64,000 nucleotides of DNA from Heptranchias perlo (GCF_035084215.1 NC_090327.1:90954001-91018000); one strand, 5' to 3'; shown: positions 12,198 through 26,764, counted from the stretch's first letter. Program-made: numbers and translations. The notes: generated by a model from the sequence alone, not told the origin.

Positions 12198-13499
12198 TGT
12201 TCCCCTCTGTGATCTAGTGTAGGTGCCTGTGGCGCAACACTATGTTGTGGAGCTACAATTGGCGGAAGTGCACGCCGTGCCTGGCGAGGATGGTGATGTT
12301 ACTCATCCTCGGATGTAGTGATGAATGCAGCCATCGCGCCCCCCTCCCCCATCCTGATGGTGTCAGTTTGAGGGGGTCCGAAAAGTTGGTAAATATGTGT
12401 AAACAGAACAATTCTGAGTGGAAACCAAGAATTTTCAGTCGAAACACAAAGATCTCTCAGCTTAAGATTTGTCTGAGAGAACGGGGTGCCCTTCTGCAAT
12501 AACTCACCTTTTATCCCCATTTGTCAAACAAGTATTTAAATGTCCAAATGGCTGCCGGCTGAAACACGACTCCTTCACCATGGCGTGTTTCACACAGCAT
12601 GGGAATCACGCTGAGGCAGCAGTGAAATCGCTTGCCTTCAATCTAAATTACATTTATTCATTTTTTAACGACTTTAACTAGTTGATTTAATGGTTTAAAT
12701 ATCGTCCCGCCGGCTTTAATTGCCGGCGGGACTTCCGGGTTCGGGAACGCCGCGCGCACCTAGATGGCTCTGGGTCGTGAGCGTTCTTCAGCGTGTTGGA
12801 GCTGGGATTTCTGCCCGCTCCAAAAACACACAATTTTCTTTGCCCCCAGCGCACCTGGATTTTGCTTTTAAAATTGAGCCCATCGCGTTTCACAGAGGAT
12901 TTATGGCTAATGAAGGCAATTACTGTAATAACAGTTGTGAAGTAGGAAGCACGAAAGTAGTGATAAAAACCTGCATTAGAATACAGTCATCAGTTTAACT
13001 AAAAAAAGAAATGAATCTATTATCATTCAACAAAGTGTATAACAAACATTATGAAAGTTCTCTCTGTTCTCAGGGTACCTTTCTAACATTTACCTCAATT
13101 TAATCTATTGAACCCATGAGACATTTACCTCATATTCAGTGTATTTAGCTCTCTATTCTAAGTCCAGTGATTTGTGAACTTTGCTGATAACGGAGAGCTT
13201 TCCCTGGGCTTAGCACTCACAGTGTTTCCCAAGCTGAATTCTGTGCCTTCAGTTAATATTCAAGAGATGGATGGAGCAGTCAATTCGGAAACCTCTACCT
13301 GAGTTCCTCCCTCGCATCTCCAGGGAATCAACACAGCCTATGAAATACTCTTCATTTCAGAAACACAGTGAACTTATAATTTCATTTATCATTTGACAGG
13401 CATCATATTACAATGTCCAACCTGATTTGAAGAGGAAAGTTTAAGGACCAGTTTACAGATATAATTGGTTCTGGAGAAACCTTGATGACAACAGTATCT

Positions 13500-13593
13500 A
13501 CACTTCAGAAAGTACTTCTTTGGCTGTAAAGCGCTTTGGGATGTCCTGAGGTCATGAAAGGTGCTGTACAAATGCAAGTTCTTTCTTTCTTTT
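13500..13593 (+). mobile_element. 3' tail fragment of a Deu-domain SINE
   Basis: tggctgtaaagcgctttgggatgtcctgaggtcatgaaaggtgc...aaatgcaagttctttcttt, the same tail as 30640-30724. Confidence 0.75.
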
Positions 13594-13877
13594 TCTTCAT
13601 TACAAACTAATGTTACTATCCTCAAGATGCTAATATTTCAAGAAGGTCCTTGAAAGTTTTTAAAGGGATTATGCCACAGTACCATAATTTGATTTACAAG
13701 CAAGCCTCTTAGCTGCAAGCACTCTAAATTGGTGCATTTTCAGAAACCAGATTAATCAGTGTCCATTGTTTTAACCGGATTTTTTTTTGAAAAGACTTAG
13801 GTTTGGAAGATTATAAGCATTCTATCTGTGACACATAATTGTGCTTAAACTCAGTTTACCAGTGAGTTAATGATGCT

Positions 13878-14235
13878 CTGATAGTGTAAATGTGTTGCTT
13901 ATCATGGTGTTGAGCCAAACAGACCAAGATGGCTTGATGCCTGGATGGTCTATTATTTTGCTAATCTCAGCCAGAACAGGTGTAGGGGTGATACAATTGC
14001 CTGTAATCCAGATCAACTAATCTTGATTGCATGTATAAGGGCATCAGGCAAGAGAAGAATGGGGCTCAGCTATGATGCCCATTCAGAGAGGATTAGTGAA
14101 TCAGCACTCCCTGTCTTGGTTTGCACATAAAGAATAGCCCAGATGTATGAGATTCCAGAAGGCTTGCAGCATTCACAAAACCATACCCAGCTGACAGCAC
14201 CTATGAATCGATACCCAATCAGGAATCAGCAAGTC
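13878..14235 (+). mobile_element. Old tRNA-derived SINE-like repeat, related to 54820-54958 (-)
   Basis: Shares gctaatctcagccagaac.ggtgtagggg...caattg with the reverse complement of 54860-54905. Degenerate. Confidence 0.4.
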
Positions 14236-14496
14236 AAGAGAAGAGGGAACAAAATTGGCAAAAAAGGAACATAAATTTGCTTTGCATGGAGAAGCATCTT
14301 TCTGAGGAGGTTTTCTCAAGGGTGAAAGCTATACCTGAGGAGAATGTACCTTTTAAATGGTGAAGGACAGTGTACTTTGTCCTTCCTCTCAAATGACAGT
14401 CTTAACTGCAGAGATAGATTTTGGAAATACTGCTCATAAAGTACTTCAACTCTATTGCCTTGTTCATAAGCAAGCTACCTGTGACACATCCAAGAC

Positions 14497-15600
14497 AGAA
14501 AGAAGGAACTTTCATTTATATAGTGCCTTAAGAAGGCATACGGGATACTTCCCTTTATTAGCCGAGGTATAGAATATAAGAGCAGGGAGGTTATGCTGGA
14601 ACTGTATAAAACACTGGTTAGGCCACAGCTTGAGTACTGCATACAGTTCTGGTCACCACATTACAGGAAAGATGTGACTGCACTAGAGAGGGTCCAGAGG
14701 AGATTTACGAGGATGTTGCCAGGATTGGAGAACTTTAGCTATGAGAAAAGATTGGATAGGCTTGGGTTGTTTTCTTTGGAACACAGGAGGCTGAGGGGAG
14801 ATTTAATTGAGGTATATAAAATTATGACAGGACTAGATAGAGTGGATAGGGAGGACCTATTTCCCTTAGCAGAGGGGTCAGTGACCAGGGGACATAGATT
14901 TAAAGTAATTAGTAGAAGGATTAGAGGGGAGCTGAGGAGAATTTTTTTCACCCAGAGGGTGGTGGGGGTCTGGAACTCACTGCCTGAAAGGGTGGTAGAG
15001 GCAGAAACCCTCAACTCATTTAAAAAGTACTTGGATGGCCACTTGAAGTGTCGTAACCTACAGGACTGTGGACCAAGTGCTGGAAAGTGGGATTAAGCTG
15101 GATTGCTCTTTTTTCGGCTGGCACGGACACGATGGGCCAAATGGCCTCCTTCTGTGCCGTAACTTTCTATGATCCACAACTTCAGGAAGTCTTAAAACAC
15201 TTCACAGCTGATGAACCACTTATGAAGTGTAGTCACTGATGTAACGTAAGGAAACATCACGGCCAATTTGCGGATAGTAAGGTCCCACAACGGCAATGAG
15301 ATAAATGACCAGATAATCTGTTTTAGTGATGTTGGTTGGCGGATAAATATTGGCAAGGATAATGGGAGAACTCCCTTATTCTTCTTTGAAAAGTACAGTA
15401 GGATCTTTTACATCCACCCGAGAGAGCAGATACGGCCTTGGTTTAACATCTCATCTAAAAGACAGCATCTCTGCCAGTGCTGCACTCCCTCGGTACTGTA
15501 TTGAAGTGTCAGCCTAGATTATGTGCTTAAGTCTCTGAAATGGGACTTTAACTCACAATGTTCTGACTCAGATTCAAGACTGCTACCATTGATCCAAGGC
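14497..15600 (-). mobile_element. Deu-domain SINE (SacSINE1/AmnSINE1-like) interrupted by a CR1 fragment
   Basis: Tail agaaagaaggaactttcatttatatagtgcctt at 14497-14529 resumes at 15173 (ccacaacttcagg). Deu core ggatctttta catccacccgagagagcagatacggccttggtttaacatctcatc. Confidence 0.8.
14528..15172 (+). mobile_element. CR1 LINE 3' fragment
   Basis: ORF 14593-15096 (LYKTLVRPQLEYCIQFWSPHY...FFTQRVVGVWNSLP) and 3' end ttctatgat. Confidence 0.92.
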
Positions 15601-17779
15601 AGATGATTTGAAAATATTTCTCCTTGGAAAAATTAAATATGGTAAATTGTATGTTATTTTCATAATATGACCACACTGCAAACTAAGGATGTGTGATCTA
15701 TATCTGAGTGAATGAGATGGGTGTGATTGATTGAGTGAGTGAGTGAGTTGTGGGGAAACTGCTGTAAAATCCTGAGGTTTTAAGGTTCTGATACACCACA
15801 CTTAACAAATGCTCAATTAGAAGCACTATCCACTAGGTGTGCTTCATAAGAAAAAAGTTACCTGTTTGGCATTTGAGAAGCATTTAATATACAAACACCA
15901 CAACCAAGCTCCAGCAATAACACTTAGAACCATGTGAAAGGTTAAAAACTCAAGAACTGGATATTTACCTCATGCTTCAATGTACAGTGAAGGATACTTT
16001 TTCTCACCTTGTTTGTCTACAGCACACAGAACATATTGCAATAGCATTTAGGACACAGAACCTAATATAAATGATGCATGATAATAATTTGCCCCAGGCT
16101 TACTATTTATGATTTTAATCACATGGTAACTGTTCTTTTGAGCCTGAACTTGGTAGTTACAGTAAGATTTAGTAGAAAAACAACATTTAAGAACTTAATG
16201 TGACAATAATCTTATTTCGTAAATGATGAAAGCTAATTCTATTTCCTAATCACTGTGAGTGAGCAGTTAAAGAATGTGATTTGTATAAGTGTCTTGATTA
16301 TTTTCAGCACATGATTATATGAAAAATTGTTTCTTCACAATTTTAATGATTTTTCCACTACTCAAAATTATTTCCTGTGTCAGTTCATAATATTGACTAA
16401 AAATGAATTGCATTTCTGACATTGCATTAAGCATGCATAATAGTAGATCATAAAATATTGCCTCATGCATAAAAGCAATTTGCTGATATTAACGTACAAA
16501 CCATATTTCTTCAACAGATGGCAGCAGTTTATAAACACACGGTCTGAACCGGTCTATGTTGAAAACTGCAAGGGATTACTATTGTAAAAATCCAAATGAA
16601 CAATAATGTGTTGTTTAAGTATATCTCTAAGGTTTTAAGTGTATCTGAATCCTGAACCATTGAAATTAAGAAATCAATAATCATTCTAATACTGTCTTTC
16701 AAAGCTCAATCTAGAAAGCTCCCTTTGTTGGTAGAGGCAACTTTTTAATGATATTCCATATACAGCAGCTTCTTTGAGACGGTCTAGAGATATAACATTT
16801 TCATCTTAATTTGTTAACATGGCTAAGAACTTGCAAAAAGCTGCTGACTCATATTTAGTCTAAGCATTTCATGGATACTATAGATGAACAATCATAGAGA
16901 ACAAGATATACAAATTAATTTCATGTATTGAGGCGATGCTGCAAATGTAGCCAGAGACTGCAGAAGCACAGAAAAGAAATCAGAGATTTAGCAATCTCGG
17001 CAAAAATGGAGCCTGGATTGCTGTGTTCCCAAGATATATTGCGTATGCGAAGGGCAAAACTGATTGCTGGATTCCTTAAGGGCAGCTCATTATAATTGTT
17101 TGACTGTGCTCCCTGCACGTTATTCACAAGCACACAAAACACAATGAATGGAATAGGTCAGGGAATCATGGAAGCAGCAGCTCTTAAAAGTCTGGTGCTC
17201 CATTTTAATACAGCTGTTCATTTTGGCTGCACTGATAAGCAGTGATGGCAGGTCAGCCAGGGCATATGGGCTGAACTGCTCCCTTCACTGATGAGAGTTT
17301 GCTAAAAGCTGTGTGGTTCGTGTATTTTAAAAGGAGAAGGCTGCACACAATTGTAGAGACAAACTAGACTTGTGGTGGGCCTGCCAACATCTGAATTCTG
17401 AATCAGAAAGTGGAGGTAGCCCTTCAAATTATAGGTGTCAAGGCAGCTGAGAGTGCACCAGCAAAGGCTTGGCAGCTGCCCAACAAAGCAAGTATCCTCT
17501 AACAACTTCTTCCTCCCTCTTAAATTCACTAACTAACATGTGGGTACATCTATCCTGTCTCGGCATGGCACTGGGCCTAGGTGCCTAACCACTCCATGCA
17601 GTTACTATGGTAACACATGTTCCTTTTCTCTTTGTATAAGCGTCTCTCAAGATGAGCAGGAAGCCAGGCCATCTCACGACCATCCATCAAACAATTTAGA
17701 GCACACATGCACCATCTCAGATACAGCCTGTTTATACAGATAATTTGGATACTTTGTTAATGCTATAGAGCAGCAGGCA

Positions 17780-18480
17780 TGAACATTATTGTATCTGCAT
17801 TTGACCTCTGATGGAGTTTCTCAATATGGTCATTAGCTAAGACTGCAGTGGGTATGCTTGTTCCCCCAATAGTCAGATATCCAGTATGCCTGTTCCTTCA
17901 AATTCTAGTCGCTAGGCAAACTAGTACAAAATGAAGGTATCATGGATACTGTCAGGAAACTGTACATTTACTTGTATCATTCCATTCCTGTGATTCAATA
18001 CCAGCTACTAATTCATGGAATGATAGCTTTTGCTATTCACATGTGTCATGGGGCTTTTTCTAGGGGCCAAAATGGTATGCTTGGGAAAAGTGCTGTGCCG
18101 TGTCATGTTGTTGCCTCTTTCCACAGGGAAAGTGATGAGTGTTTCCCTTGGCCAGAAAGACTTTCACTGTTTTATGCAATGACAGATAGAATACTGACTG
18201 ATGTGGCAAATGTCACTGATGGTAGCTTGAAAGGATCTGGTCATGTAAAAAATGTAATGCTGCGGAAACTTTCACAGCCACCAACAGGGCTGTACCTAGG
18301 TAAGATCTTATTTTGGAGGTTGGCCTCAAGGTGACAGCACAATTCTGCAACAGCCTCCCCCATGATGTACAGTTGGTATTGGAAGGTCTGTTCAACATCC
18401 CCATGTAGGTTCGTGAGATGAGCCTCAGTAGGTGAAGATATTGGTGATGCAATTGCACCTGTCTTTGTTCCCCCAACATG
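17780..18480 (-). pseudogene. Ancient Harbinger transposase remnant
   Basis: TALLVAVKVSAALHF followed by a frameshifted GSFQ-like segment matches the HARBI1-type motif TALPVAVKVT.ALNF.ASGSFQ seen in the other copies. Possible Myb-like remnant at ~19110-19290 (+). Confidence 0.55.
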
Positions 18481-21129
18481 AACGCTTCTTCCTCCTCCAA
18501 AATCATCACTGCCCTTGGGATGCCCAGTGGAACTTCCATGCTAAAAACTGTGGTTGCTGCCGATGAAGTAGCTGCTATCAGCAACATACCTGCAAAAAGT
18601 AGCCCTATAAAGCAAAAATGTAGCAGCAAATAATGCACCAACAATAATGCAGATGCAACTTTGCAAAAAGCACACAATAGAGAACTTTAAACACAAAACT
18701 AAACAGTCTATTACTCCTTTAAAAAGCATAATAAGATCACACAGTCCATGTGAGGCCTCCAAGAACTTAGAAAATGTTTTATCCACTGAATTTGGCACCT
18801 CTTGAATCAGATGCTCGGGCCTAATTGCCAAATTCAGTGAAGCACTTCCCTGGAATACGAGTGTGTGCTCAATGACATGTGCTTTGCATATAGCATAGTT
18901 CTATGGCTCCTCTGCCAGTGTGTCATCCTGGGATAGCAGGATTGTGCAATATCTGTTATGCTTATGGTCTAGCAGCAGATCGAATGTAAAACCTGTGTGA
19001 AGCTCAATAAGCACCTGTATCAACTCTCACTAGGCGATACAGAAGTAGACAATTCCAGGTCTGCTTCCTAGGTCAGCTTAGAAGAATCCCCATCAAAGTG
19101 ACAGCACTGAGCAGAGGATCAAAAAGCAAGCATCTCAGGTTTCAGATACCAAGCTCACAAATAGTGTAGTGAAGCGAAGGGTACAAAATCCTCCAGACTG
19201 TCTGATCTGTAATGTCCTCAGACAGTTGTGGCTTTGTCTGTTGAAAATTGGCAGCTGTTAATGTACATAGATCATAAATTTACATTACACTGCAAAAATA
19301 TTCATGACATTCAAACCAACCTGTGATCTTTTGCCACTGTCGAACTTCTTGAAAATTGAGATACTAGGTTTCTGAATTTCTTTTAATGGACTAAGTAGTG
19401 AACAAGACACTTGGCTATACTTTCTTTCAACAGAACTGTGGCACAGATGGTGGGTGAGTTGCCCTTTTTCTAAGCAAAGTTTGGAATGATTGTAGGTTAC
19501 ATTTGGAAACAAGTATCTTCAAAGCAGTTTCCCACAAGTAGTGGGAGGTCTTTTGGCAACAGCTTACCACTGACCATCTGCCAATGATTCCATTTTTTTG
19601 CCTAAGAAGTTCAATCAGCTATCCTTAGCTGCTCCATTTTACTGATTAACAATTTCAACTGATTCCACAAAGACTGCCTCAGAAGCAAAAACAAAAAACA
19701 GATATGATGTGTTCTCCTTCATAGTCACTAACAGGCTTAACCAACATGATTACTTTCCAATGAAAGATAATGCCTAATTAGATCTAACATTGACCAACTT
19801 CCCTAGTCACCTAAAAGCACCCAGCAAGCAGGAATTGGCACTTCTGACAACAATCTGTTCTGCAGCCAAGTGCCCTTTTGTTCGTATTTTGGAAAGAATA
19901 CCAAGTACAAGATTTGACTGTATAAGAAGTCTAATTGGAACAGCTTCACACAGGGAGACTCAGACTGATTCCCATCCACCAGTCAAAATATCTAAGCTTC
20001 ATCTGGTCTCAGATCAAGCAGGGCACATCTCATGCTTCAGAGCACTACATCCTGCCCAGCACAGAGTCCCAATTTACTGAGAGAATTACTGCAGCATAAG
20101 CAAAAGTATGCAAATGCTTTGGTAGATTAGGAAGATCACATAGCATGTTCTCATTTGAGAGTTAGAACATCTATTGACACTTTCCAAACACAAAGCATTT
20201 GTGGAAATTCACCACTACACTATTCTTTCATCCTAATTTTATTTGTCAGGATCAGAAATATTCCTTTTTTTCTCTAAATGAACATTGCACTTTCAACGTT
20301 TATATATATGGGGGAATTATGGTGCATACAAGATCAAATAACACTCACAGATTATATAGGGCGTAGGAGGCTTGAATTTGGGGTGCAAGTCAGAGTTACT
20401 CTCATTCTAAAATATATATTAAATTCCAGTGGAATTCAGGACTGGCAGAAGATGCACCTACTCAAAGTGGTGCACATATGTAAATAAAAGAAGTCATTCC
20501 TGCCATTTGTGATAGAATTGTATATAATTTAACATAGGCCTGTCGAAATGAGAGATAAGTTATCCACATGACTTGTCAAGCCAGGAAGAGGGTGAGTTCA
20601 CAGGCTTTAACTGTCCGTAGTTATTGTTTAAAATATCAACTTTGACTGAAGAATTTTTTGTCAGCTGTGTTGCTAAGAAAGGATTCTGCAAATTGCCTTT
20701 TAGCAATTTCAGAAAAGGAATTTGTTTTCTTTCCATCCTTACTATGGGGTTCAGTATGGCCATTTCCATCTATGCCCTGCCATGGAGACAGAACTTGAGC
20801 AGGAGGAAGAGGATTTGAGAGAGGCGCTTAGATAAGACTATTCCAAAGGATAAGACGACCAACTAGGAGTTATCTTTCCACCAGTGTCTACAAACTGCAT
20901 GGCTCCCTCAATGATGGATCCAAAGTGATCTGCTTAAGAAGGTAACAGTTCATTAAGGAGGTAAAGAAGGAACTGCATTTCACATTGCAAACTTATCTCC
21001 AAACATCCTCTCAAAATACAAGAACCCAAATAAAAAAACTGACACAACATGAGAACACTGAACTTTATATCAAAAGTGGTTTTATTGTGCACAATTGTGT
21101 GTTCAACTGATGCAACTTGAGGGCTAGGA

Positions 21130-21900
21130 CAAAAGTATTGATTAGCTTTGATGTGCTATCATAAGTCTCTTAGGATTGAGGTGGGTCTCATTTAAGGGCT
21201 CCTGAATCCTAGGAAGACTCTTTAACAGGGTATGTTGCCACTGCAGATGTGTTGGCAGCCTGGTTCTGAATCCGACATGATCAAGTGTTCTGGCTGGAAA
21301 AGTCACATATGCTGTCATCAGGAGAGAAGATGTCATCATGAAGGATGGACTCTAGCCACGCTGCTTGTGCTGGGTCCTGGATCTGAGTGCCCACTGACCA
21401 GCAGGAGGGCAGATCTGATGATATTAGTTAGATCCTGAGAGATGGAGCCTTGAATTTCTTGGATACCGTTGCCATCATTCTCTCCAAACTGTCCCAGAAA
21501 GCCAGTGGTCAAAGCATTCATGTGAGATACACTGACTTATCTGGCGGCCTCTCTATCAGATGGGATTGATGCAGATGGTCCTGATGCTGCTAATTACTCC
21601 AGGTAGCATTGCACTGTTTTAGAACCTTTTCAAGTATTAGCCTGAGGATGATATTAGAATCCACCATGACCCTTGTAATCTTTCTCAGAGGGCTGAGATA
21701 ATCCTCAGTGTCCCCATATGAGTTTGATGCTCATTCAGCATCCTCCTTTTTAATGTAGGACCCTAGAAAACTGAGTCTGCATACTCTAGAGGCAGGGGTT
21801 GATTCCTACGGAGCTCCTCTGTCATATCCCACTTTTAACTCTAACTGTTCTGAAGCCTTCGAGTGTTATGTCTCATCTAGTGAAAACCCCTCATTGAAAT
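21130..21900. repeat. Old dispersed repeat, homologous to 47400-47900
   Basis: 21330-21437 (catcatgaaggatggactctagccacgc...ggatctgagtgcc.actga.cag...atattagttagatcctg) aligns with 47438-47540, with further blocks downstream. Probably a decayed Harbinger interior. Confidence 0.55.
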
Positions 21901-24900
21901 TTACCCCGGGTAGATTCGCCAGACAGATGAGTGAGAAAGGGGAAGCTATGGCATTGGGGAAGATGTGACTGGTTAAGCAGAGGTGGAAGGCCATTCACCA
22001 GGTTTTATATTCTGCTGCTGCACCAGGCCTCTGCCTCTCCTCCAGCTGTTTTCCACCCTCCCCCGCCAACCATTCATGGAACACTTGGGACCCAACTCAC
22101 ACCTCTGAACATTTTTACAGCCCCCTCTGTGTATCTGAGGCATTGCAGGCTGGATTTACAGAGTTTGCACACCTCTTCATATTTAAATTCTCTCAGCACC
22201 ATGACACCATACCTGGTGGAAGTCCTGTCTCACCTCACTTCCAGCCTTACTACAGGTGAACACTGAGCATAAACAAGGTAGGTGAAAATTGCACTCATTT
22301 ACAAGGAAGCAATGTTTTTTTTTACTTGGGTAGAATTCAGCATGGGCTGGTGCTTCAGAATTTGTATGCAATATCTACCTTATAAAAACTTCTTCAGGAA
22401 TTCTTTGAAATGTCAAAAAATAAATGGGGTGGGCTTAATGGACCAAATGGCTTTTTTCTCATTCAAACTTTTATGTTATAGCTCAGCAGAATCACACAAC
22501 AACATATAACTTAAAGAGACAGGTGCCTCTAATTTGGCCAATGACCTAAATTCATTTTCAGAATTTGAAGAGATTGAATGCGGATCAGTTTGAATTTCTG
22601 CGTTGGATCTGGTGATTATTCTGAATAGACAAAGTTATTTTATAATATTTCACAAACTAGACTGATTGTGGCTGTGAAAAAAACATGTATGCTATTGTGA
22701 ATGTTTAAGCAATCTGCAATAACAGTTGACAGGAGAATTACACATTATGTACTCACTCTTTGGATCACAATGGCCATTCACCAATTTGTAGACTGCAAGT
22801 GCTGCATCAATACTTCATGCCAAAATATATTGGCAAAGAGCAAAGATGAGGTGTTATGCTGCGGTGCCATTGTGAACATCCGACCATGTTCATAGTCAGC
22901 AGTAATCTCCCTCCAATGTAACATTTACATCAGCCTTCACACCAAACCTTTGCTACCTACAGTTATCCAGCTGGTATACAGGAGTTACTGGCACCCACTC
23001 AGTTTTTACAGCCCACAGTACTTTAGTTTCAATATAACATTCATGAGGCTTCTTAAAATTGGCAGAATTGCAACACCATGTTTATATTATGCAAACAACT
23101 CAAAATGTGTGGAGAAATTATAATGGCACACTTTGGGCAGGGAGCTTCACCTACTGGGAATGCAACATCATAAACTTGGCCCTACTGTGTCAACAGTAGG
23201 AATCGAACTGGGTTTCAATCCTTCAATAAATTTTACAACAAGAATACAAGAAAAGTTTTAATTATTGCACAATGAACAAGGTCACTTTATATCAATATCA
23301 TTGGCTGCTGCTGAACAGATTGTGCTGCACTTGAGTGACAGACAAATGTCACTATAAGAAGGACAGGCTGAGGCAGGGATTTGATGGGTTTCAGTTTACC
23401 TAATAATGGGAGCTACTGCTCTCCTAATTACCATCAATGCCACCTCATTTTTTCAGTCGTGCTCAAAATTGCTTTTCTCACTTTAGTTCACACTATCCAG
23501 CTCCCATTCATCAGATCCCTGCTTTTTCAACTCCATTTACTCACTTCCCTACTGATCATCTGAGACTGTTCGCCTGGCTCTTGTTGTTCATGTCCTTGCA
23601 CTCCTATTAATCATGTCCCCAGTTTGTTACTTCTTAATATTCTGCTCCCTCCTTCCCAACCTTTTTCATGAATGGAGCTGCTGTCTTAAAGCAAATACTT
23701 TATTTGATGTGAATAAAATTATTATTTGAATTCATTTTGTATATTTAGCATTAATAACTATTCACAATCTGTTTAAATGTTTAATTATAATAAATTATAT
23801 TATATTGCATTCAATTATATTATTTGCCAGAGTAGGGGTTGAATGCTAGGCTCCAAACTCAAGGGAAGCAGTAAGATGTCTGCAAGTGATAACAGCAGGG
23901 GTAAGTATCTGTCTGGGACCAGAGCAGGGTCACAGTAATCCAGGTTTACAGTGTACAAAATTATCGTGACATGCCACAATGAATTATAAGAGAAGTCCAC
24001 TTCACTGATGGGGTCTTGGCAATTCTGTTCTACAGAATTTTTGAAATACTTAATATATTTTGACTGAGAGAACACCAAAGTCAAAGAGCATGACAGTATT
24101 TCACAGATAGGGCCAACTGGGGGTTGATCACCATGAGAATGTGTAAGGAGGGCAGGAAGAAGTATCATGACTTGAAAAAGAACACCATGGTGAAGCAAGT
24201 GTATCACCCTGTGTTTAAGTGGAAACAGAAAACGTATATGGGAAAGGAAGTTACATCACTGCTGGAACTAACAAGTCAATTTTGTTCATATTCAGCCCAC
24301 TCCCATATAATTCAACATGGTTTTCCCATGACTAGCCTTTTAGATGCCCTCAACAAGCAATTTTGTTTGGAGGGGTAATTTTCATAAATACATTATAACA
24401 TGGCAGCAAGACTCTGGGCAAAGGTTAAGAAAAACTGTACCATTTCCTCGCAGGCTTGCTCCTTTGTTTACTCACATTATAAGGGCTTAAGGAAATATGG
24501 GCTGAAGGATTTGGTTGAATTCTGCAGGGATTGCCCATTTCTTTGGAGACTGTCAATTGCTGTGGCTTTCTTGAACAATGGGTGGATTTTTAACCTCAGA
24601 GAAACTAACTTCCTTTCTCTATAAAGGCTTCATTTGCAGATAGCTCATTGGTATTAAAAATGTACTGCTCACAAAATAAATACTTTTTATAAGGCAGCAT
24701 CATATTGCAAATATTCTCCAACAAACTCAAAGCTAGTTTTGAGAATATAGTGATTTATTCAGAAAAATTAATTCCATCATTAACAGTAAAGAAAAGGAAG
24801 TTTAAACAACCCCATGACCAATTTGTATCTGTACCTAAAAAGATTAATCTTTTATGAACAAGCCACTGAGTCAGTCCTTGTAATTCCCCAGCACTGACCC

Positions 24901-26000
24901 AGGGAAAAGTAGCCAGGTTGTCATTTTTGTTAAACAAAGAAATGAAATGCAAAAAAATACACTGTATACAGATAACCCATTTGTCTTTGTAATCAAACAA
25001 GATCATTATAAACTTGTGAAAACTGGCAAAGTGGTTCTAATCAGAGTTTCATGTCATCAAGATGAGAGCTTCTTTGCTGGATCCCTAATCAGATTAATGG
25101 AAAAGTTAGTTACAGTGACTGGTTAGTAGAAACCTTTCACTTATATACTCTTGCATCCAAAAAACAATTCACACACAAATACTAGAATTTGAAAAGCAAA
25201 GCACTAAATGGCTCACTTGGTGTATTATCTCCCACCTTGTTACACATTTCATTCAAACTACTGATAGCATAAAAAACACATTGTGGCTCTGCGGTTGATT
25301 TTAGGCTATAATGCACACACTGACCTTTCCTGACACTCTTTTAAAAGTTGCCTTGTACATCACAGCATACTTTTGTCACAGTACAAGACTCAGCACTATT
25401 ACAAGTTAAGATGAAGTACAGAAATAAAATAAGTACAGGAAAACATACTCGGGCATCTTTACTATGTTATTAAAAAAATATGATTCCAGAGGCAGGGCAG
25501 CAAGGGAAGAGGTAAAGAAGACAATGTCCACCTGCTCAGAGTAATATCTTCCCTCCTCAAAATTTCAGACATCAGACTTAGATATCTTGAAGGGACTCGA
25601 AAAAGAAAAAAATTCAACAGCAGGAAGTAATACTGGACTGAACCTGAATATTGTTTTACCCCCATGGAAATAAATACACACACTAAAGTCTACAATTAAT
25701 AATGTATGTTGATGAAAAACATCTTATGTCACTGTTTTAAGCAATATTTTATGCCATTGTGGTGATATGAAATTTAAGACACTATGTCAGCTAAATCAGG
25801 TACGCTTTTAGTGGCAATTGATTTTCGCAGTACTCTGTTGGCATTGAGTTGTGTTTAAATCCGGCCTTTTGGGTCAGGGTGAAGGGCTCTCAGATGTGCA
25901 TAATCTCGGCTGTGTTAGATTATGCCGTTGAGTACTAAAAATGTAACAAGTATCAAAGAATTGTTTTACGCAATGTATGTAACCATGAAATGCATTTATT

Positions 26001-26764
26001 GGGCCAGGAAATACTCACCTGAGGACGCCGCTCCATAATGGCGTCCTCTTCAACCGCCGGCGAATTAATTGTGCAAGTTCACGAAAACGCACAAGCACAG
26101 TAAAACCCCGAAATCGCGGACTTGCTCCCAATGGTTTGCCGGTTTGACAGTTACGAATTAAAGGGCCACCTACGCTACAATCAATAAAATCAGGAAACAT
26201 TTAAAAACTTACCCATCTGCCCAGCTGGAACGAAGATACTTATGCCACCAAAAGATACGCTGGAAAATACCAGCCCTATACTACTTTTTAAAAGCGCGTT
26301 GACTGTTAATGACTGCGAAACAACAACAAATTAAATTTTAAAAATGTGGAATATCAAATTACTCTGATTTTAATATTTTTTGATCATTAAAAGAAAATTA
26401 AAAAATTAAAAATTTGATTTTTTTAAACTTTTAACTTTTGTAAGCTTCATTACATTAAATCATTTGCTTGGCTTTTTATAAGAAGGTATGTTACATTTTT
26501 ATTTACACTGACATAGACAAGTTCACTTTAAATGAATAAGTTTTACTTGCCTGCTTGTGGGCGGGACTTCTCTTCTTGACAGATTCTGTGGGCGTGGCTC
26601 CCATTCCCACAGAGTCTATCGGTATGAAGGAAGGTGCACAGATATCACAGCGCTGAACTGAGAAAAAACTTAAAAAGGAGCAAATGGATGTCGGAGACCA
26701 TGAGGTAAGTATTTTCATTGTCTTTGTCTGCAGGATCTGTGCCGGTCGGAGCAAGTTCTGGCCC
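26001..26764. mobile_element. Non-autonomous Harbinger-type MITE
   Basis: Termini gggccaggaaatactc / gagcaagttctggccc. Internal blocks shared with 36880-37647. No clean TSD. Confidence 0.7.

Larger units (their letters stand above)
5898..12881 (+). mobile_element. PIF/Harbinger DNA transposon (deleted derivative) carrying two LINE insertions
   Basis: TIR gggctcaattttaaaa(gc) at 5898 is the exact reverse complement of (gc)ttttaaaattgagccc ending at 12881. Myb/SANT-like gene on + from 9437; transposase-gene 5' remnant on - at ~12200-12360. Flanks ATA/ATC are only an imperfect 3-bp TSD. Confidence 0.8.

Noticed and set aside
19285-19700. Possible minus-strand exon(s) with AG/GT-like borders
   Set aside because: All frames of the candidate exon contain stops, and the ORF has no CUB or Sushi similarity.
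23815-24207. 130-aa minus-strand ORF with CQDP/CDP motifs as a candidate Sushi exon
   Set aside because: Lacks Sushi spacing (C..P..P..G, F.C..GF.L.G, C....W) and shows no match to the expected next CSMD exon.
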